DNA from: Octopus sinensis
Taxonomy: Eukaryota
Assembly: GCF_006345805.1 (NCBI RefSeq)
Contig: NC_043013.1
Span: 22,134,001 to 22,198,000 of the forward strand
DNA: 64,000 nt
Direction of reading: 5' to 3'
Part shown: one piece after another, positions 52,922 through 64,000 of the stretch
How positions within the stretch are numbered: position 1 is the first letter of the stretch
Layout of the letters: the number at the start of each line of letters is the position of its first letter
Translations under genes and position numbers: made by a program
Notes under the pieces: model-generated
Database searches by the model: none
Seen by the model: only the letters and a program-made list of their open reading frames with translations
Told to the model about the DNA's origin: nothing

Positions 52922-54307
52922 TATGTATGTATATATATACACACATATATATATATATATATATAAATATATATACATATATGACAGGCTTCTTTCAGTT
53001 TCCGTCTACCAAATCCACCCAAGTTTTGGTCAGCCCGAGGCTGTAGTAGAAAACACTTGCCCAAGGTTCCACACAATGGAACTGAACCCGGAACCATGTG
53101 GTTGGAAAGCAAGCTTCTTACCACACAGCCATGCCTGCACCTCCCAGATATAGTTTTAAAACCAAAACTGTATGGTGTAATTTGGAGGAAATTTGGCTGC
53201 TATTTCGGGCAGATTGAGTGACCGTGTATAAAACTCCTAATGTAGTAACATCGATGACAATGATTTGTTTTTATCAGATCAATCAAAACTGCCCTGCATC
53301 CTCCCACTCTGCAAAAATATAAATTCTTCCTATATTTTCAAATATAACACTAGAAAACTTCCTGAAAATGCAAAAAAAAAAAAAAAAATTGAGAGAGAAA
53401 AGGAAAGAAAGAAATGGCATTTTTTTGTTGTTGTTGGTTTTACTTTATCTTTCACACCCACCACCCGCCCATCCTCACTCCAATCTAATAGAATTAGTCT
53501 ACATTATCTTGTTTGTATGTTGGTTTTTTTTTTTTTTTTTTTTTGTTTTTCTAATTCCTAATTGAATTAATTTTCAGTGATGTCACACCAGCAGAGTATA
53601 TCTGATTAGATTGGAGCTACTTGATATCCAATTCCTGAATTTCTGGATAAAAGCCATTATCTACTCTGCTGGTGAAAGGATTGGCTGGCGGCGGGGGCGG
53701 TAGGAGGTTGTTGGAGTGGGCATATTAGGAAAGCAAATGAATAATTAAAGGGAATCTAAGAAGTTGGAGGAGGGAGGAGGAGGAAGAAGGGAGGGTAAGG
53801 GGAGGGGAGGAGTGTTTGTTGGAATATGTGTGGTTTTATAGAACTGCATGTATATGCGTGTGTGTGTGTGTGTATTTATAGTTGAATAAATTTATATGTT
53901 TGTATAAACATACACACACACACACTCACGTATCTTTTCTCTTTTATTTGTGTCAGTCATTAGGCTGTGGCCATGCTGGGGCACCATCTTGAAGAACTTT
54001 TAGTTGAATAGAATGCCCACCCCACCAACACTACCACTCTACCACCACCACACCAGTACTTCTCTTAAACCTGATGCCTATTTTATTGGTCTCTTTTGCC
54101 AGACAGCTAGGTTACAGGAATGTAAAAACGCCAACACTGGTTATTAAGCGGTGGCGGGGACAAACACAATCACACACACACACACATACACACACACACA
54201 CATATATGATGGGCTTCTTTCAGTTTCCATCTACCAAATCTACTCACAAGGCTTTGGTCAACCCAAGGCTATAGTTGAACCTGGAACCATGTAGTTGGAA
54301 AATAAGC

Positions 54308-54341
<34 letters not shown>

Positions 54342-54342
54342 A

Positions 54343-54680
54343 AGGCACATAGCTCAGTGGTTAGAGTGTTGAGCTTATAATCGTGAGGTTGTGAGTTCAA
54401 TTCCGTGACCCGGCTGCGTGTTGTGTTCTTGAGCAAGACACTTTATTTCGCATTGCTCCAGTTAACTCAGCTGTAGAAATGATTTGTGACATCACTGGTG
54501 CCAAGCTGTATCGGCCCCTTTGCCTTTCCCTTAGATAACATCAGTGGTGTGGAGAGGAGAGGCTGGTATGCATGGGTGACTGCTGGTCTGCCATAAACAA
54601 ACCTTGACCAGATTTGTGCCTTAGAGGTGCCAACTTTCTAGGTGCCATCCCATGGTCATTCATGACTGAAGCGGGTCTTG
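54343..54680 (+). mobile_element. tRNA-derived SINE, family 4
   Basis: TAGCTCAGTGGTTAGAG A box, GAGTTCAATTCC B box, CORE-like CTTGAGCAAGACACTT. Related sequence at about 29585-29830. Confidence 0.7.
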
Positions 54681-54969
54681 GTATTATATGGATGACCTGA
54701 TTGATAGACTTAAAGATGTTGAAAACAGCTCCATCCATACCGTTGGAGTCCAGAAATGGTCTAATATGAATTCAGGCCACAACATCACCACCTGATCCTT
54801 AGATACATGTGTATGCATAAAGAACATAAGACACCAGTAAATGTTTACCTATCCATTGTAAATATCTCCATACATTCAAAATATCCATTGTGAGACCCTT
54901 TCTTAAATGAAAATTTCTATTTTCAGCCACAGGTTAAGAATGTGTGAGTGTGTGCATTAATGTTATATA

Positions 54970-55022
<53 letters not shown>

Positions 55023-55076
55023 TTGTTGGGGGGGGTGCAAGATTCTTTATGTGAGCTCATGGTTTTGAAGCTTCTT

Positions 55077-55283
55077 CTGTTGTGTCTGGGGGGAGTCATT
55101 TTCATTTTGTGCCTTATAATTTAACACACTCACCAGTAAAATTTCCACTTCTTTCTTATTTTTATTTTCCTAAAATTTTCATTGCATCAATTGAAAAGGT
55201 TGTAAGATGCAATGAAAATTTTACCACTGAGTGTGTTAAATTATAAGGCACAGAAAGAAAATGACTCCCCCCAGACACAACAG
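55077..55283. repeat. Foldback (nested inverted repeat) element
   Basis: ~55-bp outer arms CTGTTGTGTCTGGGGGGAGTCATTTTC...AACACACTCA and its reverse complement; inner arms TAAAATTTTCATTGCATC / GATGCAATGAAAATTTTA. Confidence 0.85.
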
Positions 55284-55305
55284 TATATATATGTGTATAT
55301 ATATA

Positions 55306-55352
<47 letters not shown>

Positions 55353-55358
55353 TTATAT

Positions 55359-55975
55359 ATAATAGAAATATTAAAATTACTAAGTCTTTCTAAAGGAGAT
55401 TACAGCAGCATTACTGGATATTAATAGTTATTGCCATACTAATATGGCAGTCTATAAATAAGACTAAATCTGTCGCTGATTAGCTCCAAGAGGCCGTCGC
55501 CTCTAGCTAGCTATATGACACACGAACCTGCGTCCATTACAACCTTCGAACTGGGGAGGTCAGCTGCTTCACCTTGCTAGTCAGACATCTGCAGACATGT
55601 TTCAGGGTTGTTGCCCTTTATCAATGCAGCGTAGTCAGAACCAGCAGGTGTTGCTATTGACCGTCTGTTCGAAGATTTTATTTACCTAGTTACAGTGGAA
55701 TACATCCACTTGTTTTCAATAATAGAAATATTAAAATTACTAAGTCTCTCTAAAGGAGATTACGGCAGCATTACTGGATATTAATAGTTATCGCCATACT
55801 AATATGGCAGTCTATAAATAAGACTAAAGCTGTCGCTGATTAGCTCCAAGAAGGTTGTAATGGACGCAGGTTCATGTGTCATATAGCTAGCTAGAGGCGA
55901 CGGCCTCTTGGAGCTAATCAGCGACAGCTTTAGTCTTATTTATAGACTCCCATATTAGTATGGCGATAACTATTA

Positions 55976-55979
<4 letters not shown>
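55359..55979 (-). mobile_element. Penelope-pLTR/retrozyme-like element: 360-bp partial tandem plus inverted arm
   Basis: Direct repeats 55359-55491 / 55719-55851; 55850-55979 is an inverted copy of 55418-55547. Embedded in (TA)n and contains a hammerhead motif. Confidence 0.8.
55589..55629 (-). ncRNA. Minimal type-I hammerhead ribozyme motif with U3-A8 core
   Basis: Minus strand CTGCA TTGATAA AGGG CAACAA CCCT GAAA CATGTC TGCAG. Perfect stems I and II, palindromic ACAUGU stem III, GUC triplet. Confidence 0.72.
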
Positions 55980-56032
<53 letters not shown>

Positions 56033-56194
56033 TTATATATATGTATGTGTGTGTATGTATACAGCAACATTCGTCCTAAACCAGGACTGCCATGCTATGT
56101 TGGCAAACAATCTTTAATGGGGAATTTTCTTATATATTTACGTTTATGAATTTGTGTTGCAAGATTCCTGATATGGAATCATGTGTTGAAACAG

Positions 56195-56416
56195 ATATTG
56201 TTGTATTTCAAGATGGTCATTTTCTTTTGGCTCTTTATTTATTTGCCAAATAAACACACGCTATATATTTGTTCTTCTCTCGTTTGTTACTGTTCTTATT
56301 TTTTAATTAGAACAGCAATAAAGCAAGTTAGAACAGTAATAAACGAGTGATAAGCAAATATATAGGGTGTGTTTATTTGGCAAAAAAGCAATGATCATCC
56401 CAAAATACAACAATAT
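56195..56416. repeat. Diverged foldback (~90-bp arms)
   Basis: TTTGCCAAATAAACACAC.CTATATATTTG...GTTACTGTTCT mirrored by AGAACAGTAAT...CAAATATATAGGGTGTGTTTATTTGGCAAA; outer ATATTGTTGTATTT / AAATACAACAATAT. Confidence 0.8.
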
Positions 56417-56949
56417 ATATATATATCATCATCATTGTTTAATGTCCGCTTTTCATGCTAGCATGGGTTAGATGGAGACTGGCAAGCCAGTAGGCTGCAC
56501 CAGGCTCCAATCTTGATCTGGCAAAGTTTCTACAGCTGGATGTCCTTCCTAATGCCAACCACTCCGAGAGTGTAGTGGGTGCTTTTTACATGCCACCTGC
56601 ATGGGAGCCACTCAGGTGACACTGGCATTGATGGCGCTTTTTACATGCCATTGGCACAGAAGCCAGTCGGAGAGGGACTGGCATCGACCAGTCGGGTGTG
56701 GGAGGGGGGTGCTGACTGGCATTGACCGTTCAAGGATCGAGATGCAGGAAAAAAGTTACCTTCAAGCAATCTATAGTAAATATAAAAAAAAACTTTCAGG
56801 GACACTAGTTGTTTATTGAGATGGAAGGTTTATTGTATCGAGGTATGATAAATTGAAAGTTAATCCAAACATGAAAACACAAAAAAAACACAACAACGCG
56901 AGGACGTGGAACAAATATAGTATTATTGGACGCTCAGGAAAGAAGGAGG

Positions 56950-56985
56950 GTTTTAACGTTTCGAGCAGAGCTCTTCGTCGGAAAC
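56950..56985 (-). ncRNA. Minimal hammerhead motif with variant core CCGACGA, inside a CpG-rich element (~56850-57060)
   Basis: Minus strand GTTT CCGACGA A GAGC TCT GCTC GAAA CG TT AAAAC. Confidence 0.6.
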
Positions 56986-57095
56986 ATAGAAGGAAAGATC
57001 CAGGGAAGGGAAGACAGAGGAAAAAAATCGCCAACGGTACACACGCGGTCACATTTTGACATACATACTTATATATATATATATGTATACATACA

Positions 57096-57472
57096 TCTTA
57101 TATCTCTATATATAAAAGGCAGTTTGTCTGTGTGTGTTTCTGTGTGTCTGTTAGGTTGTACCCTCACCCTGACCACGGCTTTCAACCGATTCTGATGAAA
57201 CTTGACACACACATAGCCCAATGTCATAATTCAAAACTAACGCAGCGAAAATTTTGAAAAGTTCCCCCAGTTCTGAAAAAAATCGATAAATTCGACATGG
57301 GGTCGAGAATCAGAAACACAAACCACAGACTGTCTAGGGGACGCAACTCGACCTTTTTAACTAAAAAAAAAATTTACCATCATTTTTTTTCCATTTTTTG
57401 GCTATAACTCTCTAAAAATGCTTTATAGTTATTTCCCTTACAAACCCGAGCAACGCCGGGCGATACTGCTAG
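57096..57472 (+). mobile_element. Non-autonomous Helitron
   Basis: A|TC start (57096 or 57103), subterminal hairpin CCCGAGCAACGCCGGG (57445-57460), CTAG|T end, no TSD. Confidence 0.8.
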
Positions 57473-57479
57473 TATTATA

Positions 57480-57511
<32 letters not shown>

Positions 57512-57617
57512 CATTTATATGACTGGCTTCTTCCAGTTTCCCTCTATTAATGTTACTCACATAGTATTGGTTAGCTTGCAACTACAGCAGAGGAGACCAG
57601 CTGACTGTGGCCATGAT

Positions 57618-58210
57618 ATAATAATAATAATAATAATAATTGTGTACAGTGCTCAGGTGCACTACAACTCATCTAAAGTGTATATATAATCAGGTGTAGT
57701 TTCGACGGATTTCGGGAAGCATGAGGGCCTTAAAGGATGCAGTGTCATGGCAGTCAACAACTGATGCAGGCAGTTTATTCCACGCTTCAGCAACCCTGAG
57801 CGTGAAAAAATGTTTCCGAAAGTCATGGGAGCTGTGCTGTTTTCTGACTTTGTAGGCATGTCCACGTGTGTTAGACACATGGAGATCAAAAAGGTGTTCA
57901 GTGTTGTTGTTGGTGAGGTGGTTGATAACCTTGTGGGTGTTTACCAAGTCCGTCGCTAGACGCCGGAGCTTCAGCGAATCCATGCCCAGGGAAACAAGGG
58001 GCTCAGAATATGGTAGGTGTCTGATGGAGGGTATGCGTTTGGTTGCACGTCTCTGGACAGATTCCAGGAGGTCAATGTTCTGAGCAAGATAGGGATTCCA
58101 AACTGATGATGTGAATTCCAAGTGTGGTCGTACCATAGCTGTATACAGTTTTAAATAGATGGCTGGAGAGCAGCTAACAAAAGTCTTGCTGAGTGATGCC
58201 AAGACACCCT
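57618..58210 (-). mobile_element. CR1-group LINE 3' end (RT C-terminus), 5'-truncated, (ATT)n tail
   Basis: LYTAMVRPHLEF..SVWNPY....IDLLESVQRRATK...TRGH..K.....FFTLRV...WNKLP are canonical CR1 ORF2 C-terminal motifs. Confidence 0.92.
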
Positions 58211-60309
58211 CGTTTGACTTGAACCCCTAACTGCATGGTTACCAAACAAATGTCTTAACCACCCAGTTATGCCTTCACCTGCAAACCTTTTACTGTTATG
58301 ACAACCTGCTTCATCAACCACCACACACACACTCATATATGTTCGTGTATGTATATATATATATATATACATCAATGTATTCTGTAGAAATCCAAGGTGT
58401 GATCTCTTGAAGGACATAGCTGTGTTCTCTTGTATTATTTAATTCTGTGCCTGAAGAATTTCTGATGGGAGATATCCAACATGTTTTCTATGACATGGGA
58501 CTGAACCTGGAACCATGTGATTGGGAAGCAAGCTTCATACCACACAGCCACATCTGTACCTATATATATATGTATATATATATACATACACATATATACA
58601 TATATACACATACGCGCATACACACACATCTTTAATCATGCATAAGTATGTTGATACATATGCATTATATTCATACACACACATTCTGAAAAAATGCTCC
58701 TTCAAAGACATATATACACTCACATATTGTGTGTGTGTGTGTGTTTGTGTGTTTGTTTAGCAAACTACCACTTAACTGATATTAGGAGATTATATCATCA
58801 TCAACATCGTCATCATTTATATTTTCAAATTTTTCCTTGACATCTCATTCCAGTATATTCCGTGTTTGGATTTTCTTTCAATTTAGTTTGCAATGAGAAA
58901 CAATATAAGGATTACATAATTCACCAGGAAAAAAAAAATTAATAGAGAGGCCAAAAAGATTGAATATGCTGAAAGTGAAAATCAAAAAGAAAATGGAAAA
59001 GAAAAAAAACAATTTTAGTAAATCGTTGAATACATCAAATCAACATTATGAATTTGTTTAACAGATACTTTTTATGTTAGAAATATTTCATTTGGAGATT
59101 GAAATGAGAGGAAAATTATATTTAACTAAATAGAATTTTGATAAATAAATACATTAATTAAATTTGAATAATTCCTGCCAAGATCAATGTTATCTAATGG
59201 GAGTTAAAATCTATAGATCCAAGCAATTTGGATTGATTTTGTTGATATGAATATACTTGTATTTTTCCACTAAATAGGAATGGAATTCTGTTCTTCTCTC
59301 ACATGAAGATCCTTGTGATTCTTGCCTCTATGAAAATCCCAGTTCTCTCCTCTGTGAACAGTTTTGTGGTTTTCGTCTATCCTTTTTGTGTGACAGAATC
59401 AAGGGTCCTATTTAAGGTGCAGGCATAGATGTGTAAAGAAGCTTGCTTCCCAACCGTTTGGTTTTGGGATCAATCCCATTGCTTGGTACCTTCAACAAGT
59501 GTCTTCTTCTGTAGCCCCAGGCTGGATATGGTAGATAAGAAAATGAAAGAAGCTCATTTTGTGTGTGTGTCTCTTGGATATCCTGCAAAAAAATATGAAA
59601 TGAGTGTCACTGTCATACAAGCGCTGTCCCCTGTATGACAGTGGGGAAATTTTAGTCAAACTAATCGACCCCAGCACATATTTTATCTTTTTTAAGCCTG
59701 GTACTTCTTTCTATCAGTCACTTTTTGCCACATCTCAGTTACAGGGGCATAAACAAACCAATACTGGTTGTCTAGTAGTAGTGAGGTACAAACACAGCTA
59801 TTAACAGACACTCTCATAGATATATATATACTTATCTCTATTTACAAACACATCCACTGGGCTTCTTTCAATTTCCGTTTCCTAAATTTACTCGCAAAGT
59901 TTTGGTCAGTTCAGAACTGTAGTAAAAGACAGTTACCCAAAGTGCCACATTGTGGGACTGAACCTGAAGCCATCGTGGTTGGGAAGCAAACCTCTCAATC
60001 ACACAGCCCTTGTCTTTCTTATATAAACGAGCGATCCTACTTCATGTTGGAAGTATTGGCTTTCTGATTGATTCTTTTACAGTTATTTCACTTCACCTCT
60101 TTCCGGATCAAGCAGATCAACAATGAAATGTTTTCCAACCATGACCTTCTAGCCTTTGTTTTTCTTCTTGTATATCAAGCACAGTGTTATCAAATGTTTA
60201 CTTCTTTATTTAAGACTTCAGGATGTGGTTTGAGGGACATTTAGCTGCTATTTCTAGCTGGTCCAGTGGCCATGTTGTCTTGGTTCCTGAGTTGTGTCTG
60301 AATTCCTTT

Positions 60310-60692
60310 TTCATGGCATTCCATTGGTTACAATGAGGAAGGTCCCAGTTGATCCAATCAATGGAACAGCCTGCTCGTGAAATTAACATGCAAGTGGCTG
60401 AGCACTCCACAGACACGTGTACCCTTAACGTAGCTCTCGAGGATATTCAGCGTGACACAGAGTGTGACAAGGCTGGTCCATTTGAAATACAGGTACAACA
60501 GAAACAGGAAGAAAGAGTGAGAGAAAGTTGTGGTGAAAGAGTCCAGCAGGGTTCACCACCACCACCTGCCAGAGCCTCATGGAACTTTAGGTGTTTTTGC
60601 TCAATAAACACTCACAATGCCCGGTCAGGGAACCGAAACTGTGATCCTATGAATGTGAGTCCGCTGCCCTAACCACTAGGCCATTGTGCCTC
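60310..60692 (-). mobile_element. tRNA-derived SINE, family 5
   Basis: Minus-strand head TGGCCTAGTGGTTAGGGC. Body and tail are shared with about 18640-18890. Confidence 0.65.
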
Positions 60693-60979
60693 CTCTGTGT
60701 CTAAATAGGTGTGAAATGTAATCTTAATCAATTAAAAAAATTTTTTTTTAAATATCCAGCACCTTCAAGGTGTGAGTATTTAATTGAAACACATACACAC
60801 ACACACACACACTGATTTATCACCCCTGTCAACATCATCTTTACATTGTATTATCTCCATCATTTTAATCCTTATTAATACCAACTTCAGAAGAGGATTA
60901 TGGTCCTGGGCCAGGATGAAACCTCAGATATTATTTCTCTGATGTAGATCTGCTCCAGCAGAGGCAAGTGACACAAATT

Positions 60980-61011
<32 letters not shown>

Positions 61012-61975
61012 AACAATAAACATGCCGAGGCTCCCTCTATGCAGTTGCTCAATATGCTAGAAATAGCAGCCAGATTTCCCTCAAATCACTCTTCCATTCT
61101 AAACTGGAAGTGTACAGTGAACTACGTTGTGTCTGATGTGCAAACAGACAGGATGGTCAAGGCTGGAATACTTTTGGATCATATGTTTGTTCAATAAGAC
61201 CTGACCATCTGTCATCATCATCACCATCATCATCATTTCTATTCCTTTACTTGTTTTAGTCATTTGACTGTGGCCGAGCTGGAACACCACTTTGAGGGGT
61301 TTTAGTTGAACAAATTGACCCCACAATTTATTTTTTAAGCCTAGTCCTTATTCTATCAATCTTCTTTTGCTGAACCGCTAAGTTATGAGAACATAAACAC
61401 ACCAACACCAATTGTCAAGCGATCATGGGGTCAAACACACAGATATATATACACATATGTATTCAGTGGGTTTCTTTCAATTTCCATCTACCGAATCCAC
61501 TCACAAGGCTTTGGTCAGCCCGAGGCTATAGTAGAAAACATTTGTCCAAGGTGCCACACAATGGGACTGAACATGGAACCATGTGGTTGGGAAGCAAGCT
61601 TCTTACTGCACAGCCATCATAATTTTTATGTGCCATCATTCTCAACATCTTCCTCTTCACTACCACCACCCAACACCACCACCACCACCTTCACTACCAT
61701 CCTCAACAATAGTCACTTACATGACCACCACCACCACCATCTTCATCACAACTTTCCTCAAAAATTCAGGCACCACCACCATGCACCCACCCTCTTCTAC
61801 CACCACCACCACCACCCATACACCCACCCTCTTCTACCACCACCACTACCATACACCCACCCTCCCCTACCACCGTTTGTCAGTCATGCTGTGTATTCAT
61901 TGTTCAGTGCCAAGCTTAGCTCCAGACAGATAATTTTTGTTAAATGCAATAATTACAATATAGATGATCAAACAG

Positions 61976-61989
61976 GTTTCCATGGCAAC
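61976..61989. promoter_or_regulatory. RFX X-box-like motif
   Basis: GTTTCCATGGCAAC fits the palindromic X-box consensus GTTNCCATGGNAAC, in non-repetitive-looking sequence. Confidence 0.4.
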
Positions 61990-62871
61990 TACCTCACATG
62001 GAGGTGAGGTAAATGATACAAAAGTATTATTAATTATGTACGAGAAGTGGGAGATTAACAAGAGGTGTTCTTTGCATATTAAAACACAGAAATAGAAAAA
62101 AAAAGCAAATGCCCATAACGCTTTGAGTCTAAAATTATAGTAAATTGTTGGCAAAACAGATGAAAGATGGTTACATAAATAGATAATGTTTCTATGACGT
62201 TTTGGCTTGGCACAAAGCCACAGATGTATTCTGGAGAGAAACGGTCGATTCAGTCGATTCCCTGTGAAAGAAATACCAACAGTTACTTGTGTTTTTTTGA
62301 GCTTGGAGAGATAAACGGTTTAGTTGGTCCCCGAAGGATTTGATCTCGGGATATAATGGGTCCTAAATACATGTTAGTTTCAAATTTTGGCACAAGGCCA
62401 GCTAAGTTGATTACACTGACCCCAGTACATAATTGGTACTTATTTTATCGGCCCTGAAATGATGAAAGGAAAAAGTCAACCTCAGCAGGATTTGAACTCA
62501 GAACGTGAAGGTGGACAAAATGCTGCTAAACATTTCGCCTGGTGCTAACAATTCTGCCAGCTTACTTCCCTTGGCTTTTAAATACATATTACAAGGAATT
62601 TTTATCCACCCCTTGATTGGTTCCCTTAGAAGACAACATTGATTTCTGGGTTACAATATTGATTTCTAGAACTAGCCAAAGGTCAAAAATCGGGCAGAAG
62701 AACAAGGGTCATACCGACCCAAATAAGTGACTGGTATTTATTTAATTTAACCTGGTAGGATTTGAACTGTGGGCATAAGGGAACATTATGCAGTGCTAAC
62801 TAGCTGGACTAATTTATGTTACCCATCACTCTGACAGACAACATGATGTGTGTGTGTGTGCATGTATGTAT

Positions 62872-63528
62872 ATCTGCGATGAGGGATCAGTTTCTGACTG
62901 AAGAATGAAGGCTTTGAATGACCCGTTTGTCTTTTTGTTCGTCCCTTCGTGTATTTCACGTTATTTATTTATGTAAAGGTTTATTATATATTTCGCAGCG
63001 TACGTGCATAATAATTTCTTTATGTTTATCATTTCAAAACCCCTGCACGATGTCTTTAAACTATTTTCTTTCCTTCGATTCCTTCTCTCCCTCTCTCTCT
63101 CGGTCACTGTCCCCTCTCTCTCTTACCCCCTTCTCTCTCTTATCCTCTTGCAACTTGCTGCCTCGTTTCCATCGGCCACTTGTTCAACATGTGTCTCATC
63201 ACCGAAAAGGTACTTATTTTTCCATGCTGTTGATATTGTTTTTGTGTCTCTCTGTTTGTCTCAAAGCCGTAGGGCACCTGTGTCATCCATGTTTTTAACC
63301 GTTACTGTCCCCAAAAAAGATTTTTCGTTTCATGTTCGTCTCTGTTGCGTTTCATTCTTTCCTTCTGTGGCTGGCTGATTCAGAGCGGATCTCAGAATTA
63401 AACAGCCGAAATCTGCGATGAGGGATCAGTTTCTGACTGAAGAATGAATGCTTTGAATGACCCGTTTGTTTTTTTGTTCGTCCCTTCGTGTATTTCACGT
63501 TATTTATTTATGTAAAGGTTTATTATAT
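62872..63528. mobile_element. Young partial-tandem element (118-bp direct repeats, 539-bp period) in TA/TG microsatellite
   Basis: 62872-62989 and 63411-63528 differ at about 2 positions; CpG-rich interior; no TG..CA ends. Confidence 0.65.
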
Positions 63529-63610
63529 GTATGTATATATAATATATGTGTGTGTGTGTATATGTATTCATATATATATGTATATATGTATATGTATATA
63601 TATATATGTG

Positions 63611-63655
<45 letters not shown>

Positions 63656-63667
63656 GTGTATATATAA

Positions 63668-63705
<38 letters not shown>

Positions 63706-64000
63706 CCCAAAAAATGTTACATAGATTTATTAATGGGCATGACAATTTCAAATGACCAGATGAACTGTTTCCTTTCTTTTACTGGTTTCAGTCATTTTGA
63801 TTGTGGCTATGCTGGAGCACCACCTTTAGTCAAGCAAATCGACCCCAGGACATATTCTAGTACTTATTCTATTGGCCTCATTTGCTGAACCGCTAAGTAA
63901 CAGGACGTAAACACGCCAACATCAATTGTCAAGTGATGTTTGGGGGACAAACACAGACACACAACCATATACACACACACACAACTATATACACACACAC

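Noticed and set aside
54690-54790. YMDDL reverse-transcriptase-like motif
   Set aside because: Too short and diverged to support; possibly an ancient LINE trace.
57192-57203. CTGATGAAAC as a hammerhead core
   Set aside because: No stem II between CUGAUGA and GAAA; it is part of the Helitron body.

Overview
This is AT-rich, microsatellite- and SINE-dense eukaryotic genomic DNA. The SINE families are typical of Octopus (coleoid cephalopod); that assignment is from recognition, not a search. The only host gene I can support is a + strand leishmanolysin-like peptidase (LMLN/invadolysin, M8 metalloprotease). Six internal coding exons (2502-2636, 6223-6305, 33402-33513, 34755-34921, 36279-36384, 49374-49471) splice in frame with GT-AG sites and matching phases, and encode the zinc motif HEILH. 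The first exon and the later exons appear to lie outside the window. Nearly all ORFs in the supplied track are repeat artefacts. The introns hold tRNA-derived SINEs, LINE 3' ends (RTE with a triple C2H2 tail, CR1, R4/Dong-like), hAT/piggyBac MITEs, a rearranged mariner, Helitron/Helentron-type elements and a TRIM-like mini-LTR element. The most notable signal is a set of small non-coding elements carrying minimal type-I hammerhead ribozyme motifs, organised like Penelope pseudo-LTRs or retrozymes (330-360 bp partial tandems, inverted 5' arms). One has a compensatory U3-A8 core, and one is fused behind a tRNA-like Pol III head in the sense orientation of the LMLN pre-mRNA. All structure calls were made by eye, and repeat boundaries are approximate unless TSDs/TIRs are quoted.
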